Source: Minisyncoccota bacterium
GTDB lineage: Bacteria; Patescibacteriota; Minisyncoccia; UBA6257
Length of the DNA: 64,000 bases
Direction: 5' to 3'
Assembly (NCBI GenBank): GCA_028695015.1
Contig: JAQVJR010000002.1
Coordinates: 706 to 64,705 of the forward strand
Below the pieces are notes generated by a model. That model saw nothing but the letters and a program-made list of their open reading frames with translations, was not told the origin of the DNA and did no database searches. Both the position numbers and the translations under genes were made by a program. This document shows, one piece after another, positions 26,890 to 40,234 of this stretch. Each line of letters begins with the position of its first letter. The first letter of the stretch is position 1.

Positions 26890-27480
26890 TTAAATTTCCC
26901 TTAATTCCCCTGTTCTGATATCCTTATTTTTATTTTTTTCTTCTAATAATTCTTCTTGAGTTTTATCTTTTAAATAACCTTCTAGAAGCCATAAAGGATC
27001 TCCATGAGAAACAATTAGAATATTCTTATTTTCATATTTATTTTCTATTTCATTAAGAACAGCAACCATTCTTTCTTGGCATTGATTCCAGCTTTCGCCT
27101 TTAGGCACTCCTATTTTAAACTTTTTCATTTTATCATTATCATAATAAGCCCAAGCTTCTTTTTTATTCTTGCCACCAAAAATTCCCCAATTAATATCTC
27201 TTAATCTTTTATCATAAACAACCTTTTCTAAATCATAGCCTATTATTTTAGCTACAATTTCTACTGTTAATTTAACCCTTAAGATATCAGAGGCAAATAT
27301 ACAATCAATGTTTTTTTCTTTTAATTTCTCACTTACTAATTTAATTTGTTCTATACCTTCTTCTAGTAAATCACAAGGAGGACTATCATCAGGATATTCA
27401 TAAACAATGTCTTTTTTTTCAGCCTGATGAATGGTTTTACCATGCCTTAATAAGAAATATTTGTTTTTCAAAATTCTCAT
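26890..27480 (-). CDS. Histidine phosphatase family protein
   Basis: LLRHG, SDILR, GES and IVSHGDP motifs. Confidence 0.9.
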   Translation of the reverse strand: MRILKNKYFLLRHGKTIHQAEKKDIVYEYPDDSPPCDLLEEGIEQIKLVSEKLKEKNIDCIFASDILRVKLTVEIVAKIIGYDLEKVVYDKRLRDINWGIFGGKNKKEAWAYYDNDKMKKFKIGVPKGESWNQCQERMVAVLNEIENKYENKNILIVSHGDPLWLLEGYLKDKTQEELLEEKNKNKDIRTGELREI

Positions 27481-27486
27481 AATATA

Positions 27487-27741
27487 CTAAATTTTAGCTT
27501 TTTCTGATTTTAAAAGTTTTCTCTTTTTAGCTGTTCCATGCCTAAAACCACCAACTTCTCCATTGTTTCTTATCACTCGATGACAAGGAACAGTAGGATC
27601 ATCATTTTTATTTAAAACATTACCTACAGCCCGATAAGCCTTTGGTCTACCAATTAATACAGCTACTTGTTTATAGCTCAAAGTTTTACCTTTAGGAATT
27701 TTCCTAACCACCTGATAAACATTTTCTTTAAAACTTTTCAT
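27487..27741 (-). CDS. MGMT/Ogt DNA-binding-domain protein
   Basis: IPKGKTLSY, RAVG and VPCHRV motifs. Confidence 0.9.
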   Translation of the reverse strand: MKSFKENVYQVVRKIPKGKTLSYKQVAVLIGRPKAYRAVGNVLNKNDDPTVPCHRVIRNNGEVGGFRHGTAKKRKLLKSEKAKI

Positions 27742-27784
27742 ATTTAATTTTGAAGAATTACTCTTTGAAATTAATTTTTTGAAT

Positions 27785-28390
27785 TTATTTAGATTTTTCA
27801 GAAAGCCTTATATATTTAATTAATTTATAACCATCAATTAATTCAATTGGTTTATCTTCTGCGAATCTTTCAGCTTCTAAGGTAAAGTTATTTGTTGTAA
27901 TAAAAAACCCTTTAGCCTGAGCTAAATGATTAGCAATTGCGCCATAGAAATCCCTAATTTCACTAACACTTACTGTTGAAGTAATATATTTCTTACATTG
28001 GATATAATGCTTTAAACCATCTTTTTCTGCTATAACATCTATTCCTCCATCATAACCACTGCCAGTAACAGTAGTTTTATATCCTAATTTTGTAAATAAT
28101 TCAGCAATGTATTTTTCAAATTCCCATGGTTTTAATCCTTTTAACCACTTCAATAGTTCTCTATCGGTATGCCATTGACTTTGTTTATGAACTTTTGATC
28201 TTTTAATAAAGATTGCTACAATAATCAAAATTCCTAAAAAGACGATTCCCCATAATAGCATCTTCCAAAAAAAAGGTTTGTTAACCCATGCAAAAAATAA
28301 TAAAAAAATCACATAGACAATGCTTATCTCTGTTAAAATATCCCCAAGTACTTTTCTCCATTTATTTTTTCTTGACATAATTTTATTCAT
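27785..28390 (-). CDS. Membrane-anchored Mrr-like restriction endonuclease
   Basis: Two TM helices; EFE…DGGID…IQCKKY…IELIDG Mrr_cat motifs. Confidence 0.88.
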   Translation of the reverse strand: MNKIMSRKNKWRKVLGDILTEISIVYVIFLLFFAWVNKPFFWKMLLWGIVFLGILIIVAIFIKRSKVHKQSQWHTDRELLKWLKGLKPWEFEKYIAELFTKLGYKTTVTGSGYDGGIDVIAEKDGLKHYIQCKKYITSTVSVSEIRDFYGAIANHLAQAKGFFITTNNFTLEAERFAEDKPIELIDGYKLIKYIRLSEKSK

Positions 28391-28487
28391 CTTTTATTTA
28401 TTTCAATTTTAACATATTTTGTACATATATCTAAAAACATAAATTGCCAAAATAACTAATTTAAAGGAAAATTAATCTTTTTAACCA

Positions 28488-28515
28488 AAAACAGAGCCTT
28501 TTAAGGCTCTGTTTT
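28488..28515 (-). terminator. Terminator downstream of tRNA-Ser
   Basis: aaaacagagcc-ttttaa-ggctctgtttt. Confidence 0.75.
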
Positions 28516-28542
28516 AAAGTTCTTCATGCTAGCACGATAATG

Positions 28543-28629
28543 CGGAGAGGGTGGGATTCGAACCCACGGTGCCCTTACGGACACAGCTGCTTTCCAAGCA
28601 ACCGCACTAAACCACTATGCGACCTCTCC
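28543..28629 (-). tRNA. tRNA-Ser(GGA)
   Basis: GGAGAGG acceptor stem, GGA anticodon, long variable arm, GTTCGAATC T-loop, G discriminator; CCA not encoded. Confidence 0.95.
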
Positions 28630-28672
28630 ATTTCTTATCCTTGTATTTTAAAGGATAAGAAATTTATTCTGT

Positions 28673-29080
28673 TTAAAATTTAATCAAATCTGCTAAAGAA
28701 CCAATCAAAGGAAGCTTCTTAGTTTTTCCTCCAAAAACATTAATAATTCCTATAATAGCTAAAACTGCAAAACCAATATTTATTAATGTAAGAAATGAAC
28801 CAATAATACCTATTATCCCTAAAGCTGCAAAACCCATATGAGCACCTAAGAATATTCCTGTAATTATCCTAAAAATGACAGAAACAGCAACTTCAAATCC
28901 AAATAAAACTAATCCCTGTTTAGCATGAAAATATACAAAAGAATCATCTTTTTTAGTAAAAAGAGGAATTAAGCATAAAATTGAAATATAGCTTAAAATA
29001 CCAAATATTTTATTCTCATCTAATTTAGGAGAACTTTCTTGTTGTTCTGTTGTAGGTTCTTTTTGAATATCTTGTTCCAT
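28673..29080 (-). CDS. DUF4870-like membrane protein
   Basis: ILSYI, FVYFHAKQGLVLF and KLPLIG motifs. Confidence 0.8.
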   Translation of the reverse strand: MEQDIQKEPTTEQQESSPKLDENKIFGILSYISILCLIPLFTKKDDSFVYFHAKQGLVLFGFEVAVSVIFRIITGIFLGAHMGFAALGIIGIIGSFLTLINIGFAVLAIIGIINVFGGKTKKLPLIGSLADLIKF

Positions 29081-29171
29081 ATTTTTTAATTTATTATTTA
29101 AATTACCTTATCGACCTTTAATGTATTGACCTTTAGAATATTTTAACAAATAGCTAAGGTATTTTCAATTT

Positions 29172-30053
29172 TTATACATCCATTTGCCTTAATGCTTTGA
29201 TTCTTTCTTGCACTGGTGGATGAGTCATCCAGAGCTTAGCAATATTTTCTTTTTTTAAAGGATTAGAGATAAAAAGATGATTAGTCGCGCTAGAAGCAAC
29301 TCTTAAAGGCTCTGGGTCTTGAGAAATTTTTTCTAAAGCCCTAGCTAGACCTTCAGGATAACGAGTTAATAATGCTCCAGTAGCATCTGCTAGAAATTCT
29401 CTTTTTCTTGAAACAGCTAATCTCATTAATGTAGCTGCTATTGGAGCTAAAATAGCAGCAATAATACCAATTAAAAACATTATTGCTCCTGCAGAATCCT
29501 TACTATCCCTTCTTCTGCCCCAAAAAATAGATCTCATAGTCCAATCAGATAAAATTGCAATCAATCCAGCTAAGACAACCACAGCTGAGGCTAAAAGAAT
29601 ATCTCGATTTCCAATATGGGCTAATTCATGAGCAATAACTCCCTCTAATTCAGATTTATCTAGCTTATTTAATAAACCCTGGGTAACACAAATTACTCCA
29701 TGTTTAGGATCTCTGCCAGTAGCAAATGCATTAGGGGCTGATTCATTCATAATGTAAATTCGAGGCATGGGTAAGCCAGCAGTAATAGAAAGATTTTCTA
29801 CTATTCTGTATAATTCTGGATTATCTTGTTTAGCTATTAGCTTAGCATTAGTCATTGAAAGAATAACTTTATCAGAATTCCAATAACTAATAAAACTCAT
29901 TAAAAAACTAATAAAAACAGCCACATATAGAATATATGGCGTTTCTAAGATATAGCTGAAAATCCAGCCAAGGAAAATCACTAAAACAAGAAAGACAGTG
30001 ATTAAAAACCACGTTTTCCAAATATTAGAACTAGCCTGAGTATAAAGGGTCAT
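29172..30053 (-). CDS. htpX: Zinc metalloprotease HtpX (M48)
   Basis: PNAFATG, HELAH, SRKREFLAD and THPP motifs. Confidence 0.94.
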   Translation of the reverse strand: MTLYTQASSNIWKTWFLITVFLVLVIFLGWIFSYILETPYILYVAVFISFLMSFISYWNSDKVILSMTNAKLIAKQDNPELYRIVENLSITAGLPMPRIYIMNESAPNAFATGRDPKHGVICVTQGLLNKLDKSELEGVIAHELAHIGNRDILLASAVVVLAGLIAILSDWTMRSIFWGRRRDSKDSAGAIMFLIGIIAAILAPIAATLMRLAVSRKREFLADATGALLTRYPEGLARALEKISQDPEPLRVASSATNHLFISNPLKKENIAKLWMTHPPVQERIKALRQMDV

Positions 30054-30601
30054 TTTTGAAAATCAACCTTGACCGCTTCTCTTTCTACAGGTTCAGTGAT
30101 TTCAAATAATGCTTCTTCTTTAAAACCAAAAATACTTGCAAAGATATTTTTAGGAAAAACTTTAACTGCTGTATTCAAATCACGGACATTAGCATTGTAA
30201 AAACGACGGGCAGCTTGAATTTTATCTTCTGTGTCTACTAATTCTCTTTGTAATTCAATAAAGTTTTGATTAGCTTTAAGCTCTGGATAATTTTCAGCCA
30301 CAGCAAAAAGGGTTTTTAAAGTTTGGCCAAATTGATTCTCAGCTTCTATTTTATCTTTTGCATCAACTGCTCCCATAGCTCTAGTTCTAGCTTCTGTTAC
30401 TTTTTCAAAAACTTCTTTTTCATGAGTCATATATCCTTTAACAGATTCAACCAAATTAGGCACTAAATCATATCTTCTCTTTAATTGAACATCAATATCT
30501 GCCCAAGCTTCTTTTACCCTTATTCTTAATTTTACTAAAGAGTTATAAGTAACAATAGCAAAAGCGACTAAAGCTATTAAAACGATCCAAAAAATAGTCA
30601 T
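30050..30601 (-). CDS. lemA: LemA family protein
   Basis: IDVQLKRRYDLVPNLV, AENYPELKA and RRFYN motifs. Confidence 0.94.
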   Translation of the reverse strand: MTIFWIVLIALVAFAIVTYNSLVKLRIRVKEAWADIDVQLKRRYDLVPNLVESVKGYMTHEKEVFEKVTEARTRAMGAVDAKDKIEAENQFGQTLKTLFAVAENYPELKANQNFIELQRELVDTEDKIQAARRFYNANVRDLNTAVKVFPKNIFASIFGFKEEALFEITEPVEREAVKVDFQK

Positions 30602-30624
30602 GTTTTTTATTTGTTAATTGTTTT

Positions 30625-32280
<1,656 letters not shown>

Positions 32281-32310
32281 TTATTTTTATTTTTTATTTA
32301 TATAAAGATT

Positions 32311-32601
32311 TTATTCTTCAATAATTGCTAAAACATCATCTTCCTTAATAACCAAATATTCTTTTTCTTCTATTTTAATTTCATTAGGAGCATATTGGGT
32401 AAATAAAACCTTATCCCCCACTTTTATATTCAAAGGAATCAATTTTCCTTCATTGTTAATTTTTCCTGGGCCAATAGCAATCACTTTACCAACACCAGGT
32501 TTTTCTTCAGCTGATTCAGGAATAAAAATACCACCTTTAGTAGTTTTCTCTTCTTTAACAGCTTCTACGAAAATATTGTTAAATAATGGTTTAATATTCA
32601 T
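32311..32601 (-). CDS. groS: Co-chaperonin GroES
   Basis: IKPL, TKGGIFIP and VGDKVLF motifs. Confidence 0.97.
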   Translation of the reverse strand: MNIKPLFNNIFVEAVKEEKTTKGGIFIPESAEEKPGVGKVIAIGPGKINNEGKLIPLNIKVGDKVLFTQYAPNEIKIEEKEYLVIKEDDVLAIIEE

Positions 32602-32688
32602 TGTTGTTTTACTAAATTTATTTTAAGAGAAAGATATTGCTAAAAAATCAATAAAAGCTTTTTAAAGCTTTAAGCAATATTTTTCTAT

Positions 32689-32715
32689 TTAGCAATCTTC
32701 GACTTTAATTGCTAA
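32689..32715. promoter_or_regulatory. CIRCE element (HrcA operator) upstream of groES
   Basis: TTAGCAATC-N9-AATTGCTAA against consensus TTAGCACTC-N9-GAGTGCTAA. Confidence 0.8.
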
Positions 32716-32734
32716 TTACTATTTTACTTAAAAA

Positions 32735-33820
32735 TTACTCGCTGTCAATATCTACTTCTTCTGGTTCTGCCTTAGGCTTATTTAATTCTAGAATTTCAGG
32801 CTCTATTTTCTTTCCTGATATCCGATAAACATCCTTATCTATCTTGCCAAATTCTTTGTAAGCAGAATTATACATATTAACTGTAGTACCTAAATGATTA
32901 CCTAATTTCTGCATATAAGTTTCATAACTTGTCAAATGCCTTGTTAATTGTTCCACTCTTTTTTTAATCTCTTTGGCTGATTCTTCTATTTCCAAAGCTC
33001 TTAATCCCTGAAGCACTGTTTGTAAATAAGCTAAGAATGAAGTTGGGGAAACAATAATTACTTTTTTCTGACCCATAGCATATTCTATTAAATCCCGAGT
33101 GTTGGCTTTAACTGCTCCAATTTTATTAATTAATAAATCATAATAAATTGCCTCTGAAGGAATAAACATAAAAGCAAATTCCATAGTCCCCTCTTCTGGC
33201 TTAATATATTTAGCTGTTTCATCTATCCTTGCTTTCAGATCTGATTTAAAACTATCTTCTAATTTCTTCTTCTCAGCATCATCATTAGTTTCTAAAAGAC
33301 GATTGTAATTTTCTAAACTAAACTTAGAATCAATAGGAATAATTTTATCTTTTATAAAAATCACAGCATCAACAATTATGCCTTCCTTAAATCCATATTG
33401 CATTTGATAAGTCCCAGGTGGCAAAACATTTTTTAAAACTGTTTCTAAATAATATTCTCCTAAGACTCCTCTTTGTTTGGGATTTTTTAAAATATCTTGA
33501 AGGCTTTTAAGTTGATCAGCAAAATTAACTACCTGCTTATTAGTTTCATCTAGTTTAGTTAATTTTTCTGTTACCTCTCTGATAATCTTAGCGCTTTGTC
33601 CAAATTGATCTTGAATCACATTAGGAATCTCTCCTAATTTTTGATCAAGGGTTCGATTTATCTCTTGGATTTGATTTTGCAACAATAAAAGAGATTGTTC
33701 ATCTTCTTTTTTAGGTTTTACTTTTTTTATTAAGAAGAAATATAAAATTCCAGCTATCACTAAACCAATAGCTAGTCCTAAAACAACACTATTAAATATA
33801 AAATTCATAAGGGTCATCAT
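32735..33820 (-). CDS. rmuC: DNA recombination protein RmuC
   Basis: TM helix plus coiled coil; RGVLGE, IDSKF, MFIPSE and VSPT motifs. Confidence 0.92.
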   Translation of the reverse strand: MMTLMNFIFNSVVLGLAIGLVIAGILYFFLIKKVKPKKEDEQSLLLLQNQIQEINRTLDQKLGEIPNVIQDQFGQSAKIIREVTEKLTKLDETNKQVVNFADQLKSLQDILKNPKQRGVLGEYYLETVLKNVLPPGTYQMQYGFKEGIIVDAVIFIKDKIIPIDSKFSLENYNRLLETNDDAEKKKLEDSFKSDLKARIDETAKYIKPEEGTMEFAFMFIPSEAIYYDLLINKIGAVKANTRDLIEYAMGQKKVIIVSPTSFLAYLQTVLQGLRALEIEESAKEIKKRVEQLTRHLTSYETYMQKLGNHLGTTVNMYNSAYKEFGKIDKDVYRISGKKIEPEILELNKPKAEPEEVDIDSE

Positions 33821-33828
33821 CTGTTTTA

Positions 33829-34590
33829 TTATATAGAAACTTTCTCTTCAATTGAAGGAATTGTTGTTTGTATTTCTTTAGATTTCTTAAGATCGAGATA
33901 TATTAGATACATATAAATCATAGAGAAAAATGAACCAAATGCTTGCACTAAAAGAATAATAAAAGAACCAAGAAGATCAAAAAAAGGACCAGAATAATTT
34001 TCACCAAATGCATTTATTCCTATAGCTATTATGATTGTTAATATGATTAACATTAACATTCTACCAAAAACTTGCCACCAATTGCCTTTAACTAAATTCC
34101 AGCTTCTCTTTATAGCTTCCATACCTTTCTTTTTTTCATCTGCGCAAACATATAAAGAAAAAGATAGATAAATAGATAAAATTAATCCAGGAATTATTAA
34201 AAAAACAAAACCTAAAGATACAAAAATAAATACCAATACACCTATTATCAAATAATTCCAATAATTCTTCCAGGTCTCTTTAAGCACTTCTTTTAAAGAA
34301 ACCCCAACAGGCTTCATAACTAATACTAAAGAAGCTGCAAATAAATAGAAAAAACAAAACATAAATAGAAAAGGAGAAAGGAGAAAGAAATAAGTAAGAA
34401 TTTTCTGAATTATTATCACAAGAGAACTAGTTTGTCCCTTAAGCATTAAAGCACTAAATATAGAGCCAAAAATCACTAACATAAGTATGACTCCTAAAAT
34501 AATTTCCAAAAAAACAAGCAGTAATATAGGTTTTAATTTTAACTTATAAATATGGAAAGTTTCTTTAATTAAACTTGTAAAATTTTTCAT
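33829..34590 (-). CDS. Hypothetical polytopic membrane protein
   Basis: Several TM helices; IIPG…AIKRSWNLVKGNWWQVF motif. Confidence 0.75.
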   Translation of the reverse strand: MKNFTSLIKETFHIYKLKLKPILLLVFLEIILGVILMLVIFGSIFSALMLKGQTSSLVIIIQKILTYFFLLSPFLFMFCFFYLFAASLVLVMKPVGVSLKEVLKETWKNYWNYLIIGVLVFIFVSLGFVFLIIPGLILSIYLSFSLYVCADEKKKGMEAIKRSWNLVKGNWWQVFGRMLMLIILTIIIAIGINAFGENYSGPFFDLLGSFIILLVQAFGSFFSMIYMYLIYLDLKKSKEIQTTIPSIEEKVSI

Positions 34591-34610
34591 AATATTTTTT
34601 TATTATTATT

Positions 34611-35744
34611 TTACTTTAACTCCTCCTCCAAATCTTCTAAAAGTTTTTTAACTTTAGCAGAAACTTTTTTAGGAGTTTTTATTCTTACTTTTACATAAAG
34701 GTCGCCTTGACCAGGGGCATTAAAATGCTTAATTCCTTTATTCCTTAAACGAAAGATCTCTCCTGATTCTGTGCCTGCTGGTATTTTCAATAAAACATCT
34801 TTTTTATCAAGTAATTGTATTTCTTTTTTACTACCTAAAGTTGCTTCGGTAAAAGATATTCCTAAAGATGTGTATAAATCATCTCCTTGTCTTTCAAATC
34901 TTTCATGAGGTTTAATAATTATTCTGATATATAAATCACCACTCAATCCTCCTAAGAAACCAGCCTCTCCTTCATGTCTAATTCTAATTGTTTCTCCATC
35001 TCTAATGCCTGCAGGAATATCAACCTTGATTTGCTTATTCCCATAATAACGACCATCACCACCACACTTCTTGCAAGGTTTTTCTGGAATCTTGCCTTTA
35101 CCTTTGCATTTTGGACATTCTATTATTTGAGTAATTTCTCCTAAAAATGTCCGGCGTGATTGTCTAATAGTTCCTGTACTTTTACAATTAGCGCATTCTT
35201 TTAACTTAGAGCCAGGCTCATAACCTTTTCCTTGACAATGCTCACAAGAAAGATATGTTCTAAAAGAAACATCTTTTTTAATACCAAAGGCAGCTTCTTC
35301 TAAATTAATCTCTAAACTAACTTCTATATTATTGCCTTTTTTATTAGCACTTGTTTTTTGACTCTTAGTTCTTCTAGAATCCATCCCCGCTGCTCCTCTG
35401 AAAAGATCAGCTAAGATATCATTTAAATCAATACCTCCAGCTGAAAAACCAAAAGGAGATTGAAAATCACCTCCTTGCCAATTAAAACCTGACCAATCAA
35501 ATCCACCAGCAAAACCTTCTCTAAAATCAGCACCTGGGCCTTCAAAAACCCTACCAAATTGATCATATTGAGCCCTTTTCTCTTTATTTGATAAAACTTG
35601 ATAAGCTTCATTAATTTCTTTGAATTTTTCTGCATCACCTCCTTTATCAGGATGATGTTTATGCGCTAATTTATAAAAAGCTTTTTTTATTTCTTCAGGT
35701 GTGGCATTACGACCAATACCTAAGATTTCATAATAGTCTTTCAT
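34611..35744 (-). CDS. dnaJ: Chaperone DnaJ
   Basis: DYYEILG, HPD, G/F-rich region and four CxxC zinc-finger repeats; start at ATG 35744. Confidence 0.96.
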   Translation of the reverse strand: MKDYYEILGIGRNATPEEIKKAFYKLAHKHHPDKGGDAEKFKEINEAYQVLSNKEKRAQYDQFGRVFEGPGADFREGFAGGFDWSGFNWQGGDFQSPFGFSAGGIDLNDILADLFRGAAGMDSRRTKSQKTSANKKGNNIEVSLEINLEEAAFGIKKDVSFRTYLSCEHCQGKGYEPGSKLKECANCKSTGTIRQSRRTFLGEITQIIECPKCKGKGKIPEKPCKKCGGDGRYYGNKQIKVDIPAGIRDGETIRIRHEGEAGFLGGLSGDLYIRIIIKPHERFERQGDDLYTSLGISFTEATLGSKKEIQLLDKKDVLLKIPAGTESGEIFRLRNKGIKHFNAPGQGDLYVKVRIKTPKKVSAKVKKLLEDLEEELK

Positions 35745-35754
35745 ATCAATTTCT

Positions 35755-36783
35755 TTATTTAAAAGCAATATTCAATTCTTGTTTTTCAACACCTATCTTT
35801 TTAATAGTCAAATACTTTATTGATAAAAGAATTTGAAGAAAAACCCAACTAAAGAAAACAAGAATAGGATAAAACACCAAATTTACAACCTTTAGAATAC
35901 TCATTAGAGAAATGAAGATTATAATCACTAAGATAAATTTCATGGGTAAAGAAATATTAAGCCAATAATTTTTTACCCAGCTTACTATTAATGAAGATAA
36001 TTTTTCTTCACCAGTTAAGGGTATATCTAGCAAATCAGAAAGATTAGCTTTCATTTCTTCCAACAAAGTCTCTTTATCCATATTACCAATCTCAATATCC
36101 TCTAAATTAATCTCTTCTGCCCCAAGGGTACTTAAATCTAATTCCCCTAAATTAATTGCCTCTTTTTCTAAATAGTTTTTTAAAATACTATCTATAGTTC
36201 CAGTTGATTCAACATTAACAATATTTTGGGCGCTTTCAATTTGAAGAATAATCGTTTCTATTAGCTTTTCTGAGCTTTCTTCTAAAAGATCTAATTTATT
36301 CTGAGAATAAACCAAACTAACAAGAACAAGCACCAAGGCCAAAAGCAAGAAGAATGAACCTCTGAAAACAATGCGTCTCAGATTAAGCTCTAATAAATTA
36401 TTACTTTCATTTTTCATATATGCCCTAGCAATCAATAATAATAGGTACACCAAGCCAATAATGACAAAGAAATAAACATTCCATTGGCCTTTAAACAAAA
36501 AAAACAAGAAAGGCGCCAAACTAATGCCTAAATTCCAGAGTAAAAAATTAAGTAAATCAAATACCAAAAAAAATATGGGCAATAAGAAAACTCCAATTGA
36601 CCATAATAAGATAGCCATTGTTAAATTAAGACTAGAAAAACTATTTAAACAATTAAGGATATAAATAGAGCCTAGCCCAAAACAAACAATAATAACAATG
36701 GCTAAAATAAATTTTTTAATCAGTAAAACTCTATCGCTATGAGCTAACTTATAAGCTTTATAGAGGTTTGATTCTTGAGACAT
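35755..36783 (-). CDS. Hypothetical membrane protein
   Basis: 342-aa ORF with multiple TM helices around an acidic loop. Confidence 0.75.
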   Translation of the reverse strand: MSQESNLYKAYKLAHSDRVLLIKKFILAIVIIVCFGLGSIYILNCLNSFSSLNLTMAILLWSIGVFLLPIFFLVFDLLNFLLWNLGISLAPFLFFLFKGQWNVYFFVIIGLVYLLLLIARAYMKNESNNLLELNLRRIVFRGSFFLLLALVLVLVSLVYSQNKLDLLEESSEKLIETIILQIESAQNIVNVESTGTIDSILKNYLEKEAINLGELDLSTLGAEEINLEDIEIGNMDKETLLEEMKANLSDLLDIPLTGEEKLSSLIVSWVKNYWLNISLPMKFILVIIIFISLMSILKVVNLVFYPILVFFSWVFLQILLSIKYLTIKKIGVEKQELNIAFK

Positions 36784-36823
36784 TAATAAAATTATATCAC
36801 AGGATTAATAACAAGCAAACAGA

Positions 36824-38725
36824 TTATTCTTTTTCTTCAAAATCAGCATCTTTGGGCTTGTCTTCTGGTTCTTGTTTTTCTTGTCCTTCTTGTTCATTTG
36901 GTTTTTGTTCTGAAGATTCTTGTTGTTCTTTATAAAGATATTCTCCCATTTCTGATAAAACTTGAGAAAATTCTGTTGTTTTATTTTTTATCTCTTCTAA
37001 ATCATCTTTTGCTAAAACTTCTTTCAGCTCTTTCATTTTCTCTTCCACTTTGGTTTTCTTATCTTCTGGAATTTTATCACCTGCTTCTCTTAAGCTTTTC
37101 TCAGCACTATATAGTAAAGTTTCTGCATTATTTCTTACTTCTATTAATTCTTTCTTCTTCTCATCTTCTTCTTTATGAGCTTCAGCTTCTTGTTTTAATT
37201 TTTCTACCTCTTCTTTTGATAAACCAGAAGAGCCTTCAATCCTAATTGATTGTTCTTTATTTGTAGCTTTGTCTTTAGCTTTTACATTTAAAATTCCATT
37301 AGCATCCAAATCAAAATTAACTTCAACCTGAGGAATGCCTCGAGGGGCAGAAGGAATTCCATCTAAGATAAAACGACCTAAGGATTTATTATCTGCTGCC
37401 ATTGGTCTTTCACCTTGAAGAATATGAATTTCAACAGATGTTTGGTTATCAGTAGCTGTAGAAAACACCTGGCTCTTACTTACAGGAATAGTAGTATTTT
37501 TAGGAATTAATACCGTATCTACTCCACCTAAGGTTTCTATACCTAAAGAAAGAGGGGTAACATCTAAAAGCAAAACATCTTTCATTTCTCCACCTAAGAT
37601 TCCTGCCTGAACAGCAGCCCCTATGGCCACTACTTCATCAGGATTAATTTCTTTATTAGGTTTTTTGTCAAATAGTTTTTTTACCTCTTCTTGAATCTTA
37701 GGCATTCTTGTTTGACCCCCAACTAAAACCACTTCTTCTATCTCAGAAATCTGTAAACCACATTCTTCAATTGTTTGTTTGGTTATTTCTATTGATTTCT
37801 TAATGTATTCTTCAACTAATTCCTCTAACATCGAACGACTTAAAGAATAAGAAAGATGTTTTGGCCCAGCACTATCAGAAGTAATAAAGGGAAGGTTTAT
37901 CTCTACCTGATTAGTAAAAGAAAGTTCTTTTTTAGCTTTTTCTGAAGCTTCTTTTATTCTTTGTAAAGCTAAAGGATCTTTACTTAAATCAATGCCTTCA
38001 TCTTTTTTAAAATTCTGAATGACCCAATCCATTATCTTTTGATCAAAATCATCTCCACCTAAATGAGTATCACCCCCTGTTCCTTTAACTTCAATTGTAT
38101 CTGGTGTAACAGCGAGAACAGAAATATCAAAAGTACCACCACCAAAATCAAAAACCACTATCTCTTGGTCTTTTTTCTTTTCTAGGCCATAGGCTAAAGC
38201 TGCTGCTGTAGGTTCGTTAATTACTCTTTTAACATTAAAGCCTGCTATTTCCCCTGCCTCTTTAGTAGCTTTTCTTTGATTATCATCAAAATAAGCTGGG
38301 CAAGTAATGACCACATCAGTTATCTTTTCACCTAATTTAGCCTCAGCATCTGTTTTTAATTTTTGCAAAACCATTGCAGAAATTTCTTGAAGCTTATACC
38401 ACTGATCCCCCATTTTAATTTCCACCCCCCCATTATCATCTTCTCTAATCTCATAAGATAAAAGGTTTTTATCTCCTTGAATTATAGGGTCAGAAAACTT
38501 TCTACCAATTAATCTTTTAACTGAATAGATTGTATTTTTAGGATTGGTAATTGCTTGACGCCGAGCCATAGCTCCAACTAATCTTTCACCGCTTTTAGAA
38601 AAAGCAACTATAGAAGCTGTTGTTCTTTCACCTTCTGAGTTTTCTAAAATTTTAGGTTGACCTCCTTCTATGGTGGCCATTGCTGAAAAAGTTGTTCCTA
38701 AGTCTATTCCTAATATTTTTGCCAT
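36824..38725 (-). CDS. dnaK: Chaperone DnaK
   Basis: [27 protein letters not shown] and [10 protein letters not shown] motifs. Confidence 0.98.
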   Translation of the reverse strand: MAKILGIDLGTTFSAMATIEGGQPKILENSEGERTTASIVAFSKSGERLVGAMARRQAITNPKNTIYSVKRLIGRKFSDPIIQGDKNLLSYEIREDDNGGVEIKMGDQWYKLQEISAMVLQKLKTDAEAKLGEKITDVVITCPAYFDDNQRKATKEAGEIAGFNVKRVINEPTAAALAYGLEKKKDQEIVVFDFGGGTFDISVLAVTPDTIEVKGTGGDTHLGGDDFDQKIMDWVIQNFKKDEGIDLSKDPLALQRIKEASEKAKKELSFTNQVEINLPFITSDSAGPKHLSYSLSRSMLEELVEEYIKKSIEITKQTIEECGLQISEIEEVVLVGGQTRMPKIQEEVKKLFDKKPNKEINPDEVVAIGAAVQAGILGGEMKDVLLLDVTPLSLGIETLGGVDTVLIPKNTTIPVSKSQVFSTATDNQTSVEIHILQGERPMAADNKSLGRFILDGIPSAPRGIPQVEVNFDLDANGILNVKAKDKATNKEQSIRIEGSSGLSKEEVEKLKQEAEAHKEEDEKKKELIEVRNNAETLLYSAEKSLREAGDKIPEDKKTKVEEKMKELKEVLAKDDLEEIKNKTTEFSQVLSEMGEYLYKEQQESSEQKPNEQEGQEKQEPEDKPKDADFEEKE

Positions 38726-38753
38726 AATTGTTTAAATTAAATTTGTTAAATTA

Positions 38754-39299
38754 TTATTTTTTAATATCCTTGGCGACCAATACTCTGCAAGGACGAATTA
38801 ATTTTCCATTAAGAAGATATCCCTTTTCTAACATTTCAACAATTGCCTGAGGCTCAAAACCTTCTTTTTCCATTTCCATTATTGCCTCATGATAAGTTGG
38901 ATCGAAAACATCTTTTGGATTAGCAATGATTATCTCTACTCCTTCTTTTTGTAAAATATCTTCTAATTGACTCTGAATCAAAGTAATTCCTTTTATATAA
39001 TTTTCATTTTGTTCTTCTTGTATTTGTTTAGTAAAGCTTTGTAAGGCTAAGTTAAAACTATCTAGAATGGTAATTAAGGATTTAATCAATCTTTCATTTG
39101 AAAAATTCTTTACCTTTTTAAATCTTTCTTCTTCCCCCTTTTTATAATTACTAAAATCTGCTCTTTCTCTTTGCCATCCTTCTAAATATTCTTTTCTTTC
39201 GATTTTTAGTTTTTCTATTTCTTGAACAAACCTATCATCTTTTTTCTTAGAATCAGTTTTTTTAAAATGATCCTTGTGTCTTTTTTTAGACATATACAT
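38754..39299 (-). CDS. grpE: Nucleotide exchange factor GrpE
   Basis: RADFSNYKK, FDPTYHEA and GYLLNGKLIRP motifs. Confidence 0.94.
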   Translation of the reverse strand: MYMSKKRHKDHFKKTDSKKKDDRFVQEIEKLKIERKEYLEGWQRERADFSNYKKGEEERFKKVKNFSNERLIKSLITILDSFNLALQSFTKQIQEEQNENYIKGITLIQSQLEDILQKEGVEIIIANPKDVFDPTYHEAIMEMEKEGFEPQAIVEMLEKGYLLNGKLIRPCRVLVAKDIKK

Positions 39300-40061
39300 T
39301 TATATTGTTAAATTGTTTAAAGCTCTTAAAATAGCAATATTCTTTTCATAAGGCATTCTTTTAGGACCAAGGATACCAAAGATTGCCTTAGGCTGAGAAA
39401 TTACAGTTAAAAGAGAACTAAATTGATCTGATTTGATAAATGGATTATCTTTACCAATTAATACCATAGGCGTTTCATCTATTTTGATATTTTCTAGTTT
39501 GATCTCTAATCTTTCTAAAGATTCAGCTATTTCTTGTAATAATTCCAAACTTAATAATTCCTCAGCTATCATTTCAGAGAACATATATTTCAAGCCTTGT
39601 TTAATTAATTCTTTTTCCTGAATTAAATAACAAAAACTAAAAGAATGACTTTTATCTGCTATCAGCTCCACTAGTTCTTTTATCTTTTTCTTATTTTTTT
39701 GATTTTCAATTTGTTTAAATTTAACTTTTGCTAACTGATCAGAAAACATTTTTTCCCAATGATTTAAAAAATCATCATCTTCTTGAAATATTTTTTCAAT
39801 AAAAAACTTCCAAGCTTTATCAGTTGGCACTCGGCCACTAGAGATATAAGGTTTATGTAAATAACCTTTTTCAGTTAATATCACAAAACAATTCCTAATT
39901 GTTGCTGAACTAATTCCCAATTCATATTTCTCACCCAAAACATCAGAAGCCACTGGCTCTCCAGTCTGAAGATATTCTTTAACTAAAACTTCAAGGATAA
40001 TCTCTTTTCTATTCTTATCCTTTCCTTGCCCTGTGTTTTCTATTGTAATTTTAGTAATCAT
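39300..40061 (-). CDS. hrcA: Heat-inducible repressor HrcA (shortened)
   Basis: EPVAS, SSATIRN, SSGRVPTD and GILGPKRM.Y motifs; CIRCE upstream. Confidence 0.88.
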   Translation of the reverse strand: MITKITIENTGQGKDKNRKEIILEVLVKEYLQTGEPVASDVLGEKYELGISSATIRNCFVILTEKGYLHKPYISSGRVPTDKAWKFFIEKIFQEDDDFLNHWEKMFSDQLAKVKFKQIENQKNKKKIKELVELIADKSHSFSFCYLIQEKELIKQGLKYMFSEMIAEELLSLELLQEIAESLERLEIKLENIKIDETPMVLIGKDNPFIKSDQFSSLLTVISQPKAIFGILGPKRMPYEKNIAILRALNNLTI

Positions 40062-40085
40062 TAAAACTATCCTATATTTTACTAT

Positions 40086-40112
40086 TTAGCAGTCAAAAGT
40101 CAAGAGTGCTAA
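40086..40112. promoter_or_regulatory. CIRCE element overlapping the hrcA promoter
   Basis: TTAGCAGTC-N9-GAGTGCTAA; minus-strand -35 TTGACT lies in the spacer. Confidence 0.9.
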
Positions 40113-40234
40113 TTTAGAACCTATCTTAAATTTCTTTTTCCCATCCCCTTTCTTTCCCCGAATCAATTTGCCTGGGTTTATGCCTCATGGTAAAATTAAA
40201 AAAATAATGAATTATTCAAAAGTTTTTTAATCTA

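Noticed and set aside
27785-28629. Integrated element at tRNA-Ser
   Set aside because: No duplicated tRNA 3' end or integrase seen; an ordinary terminator follows the tRNA
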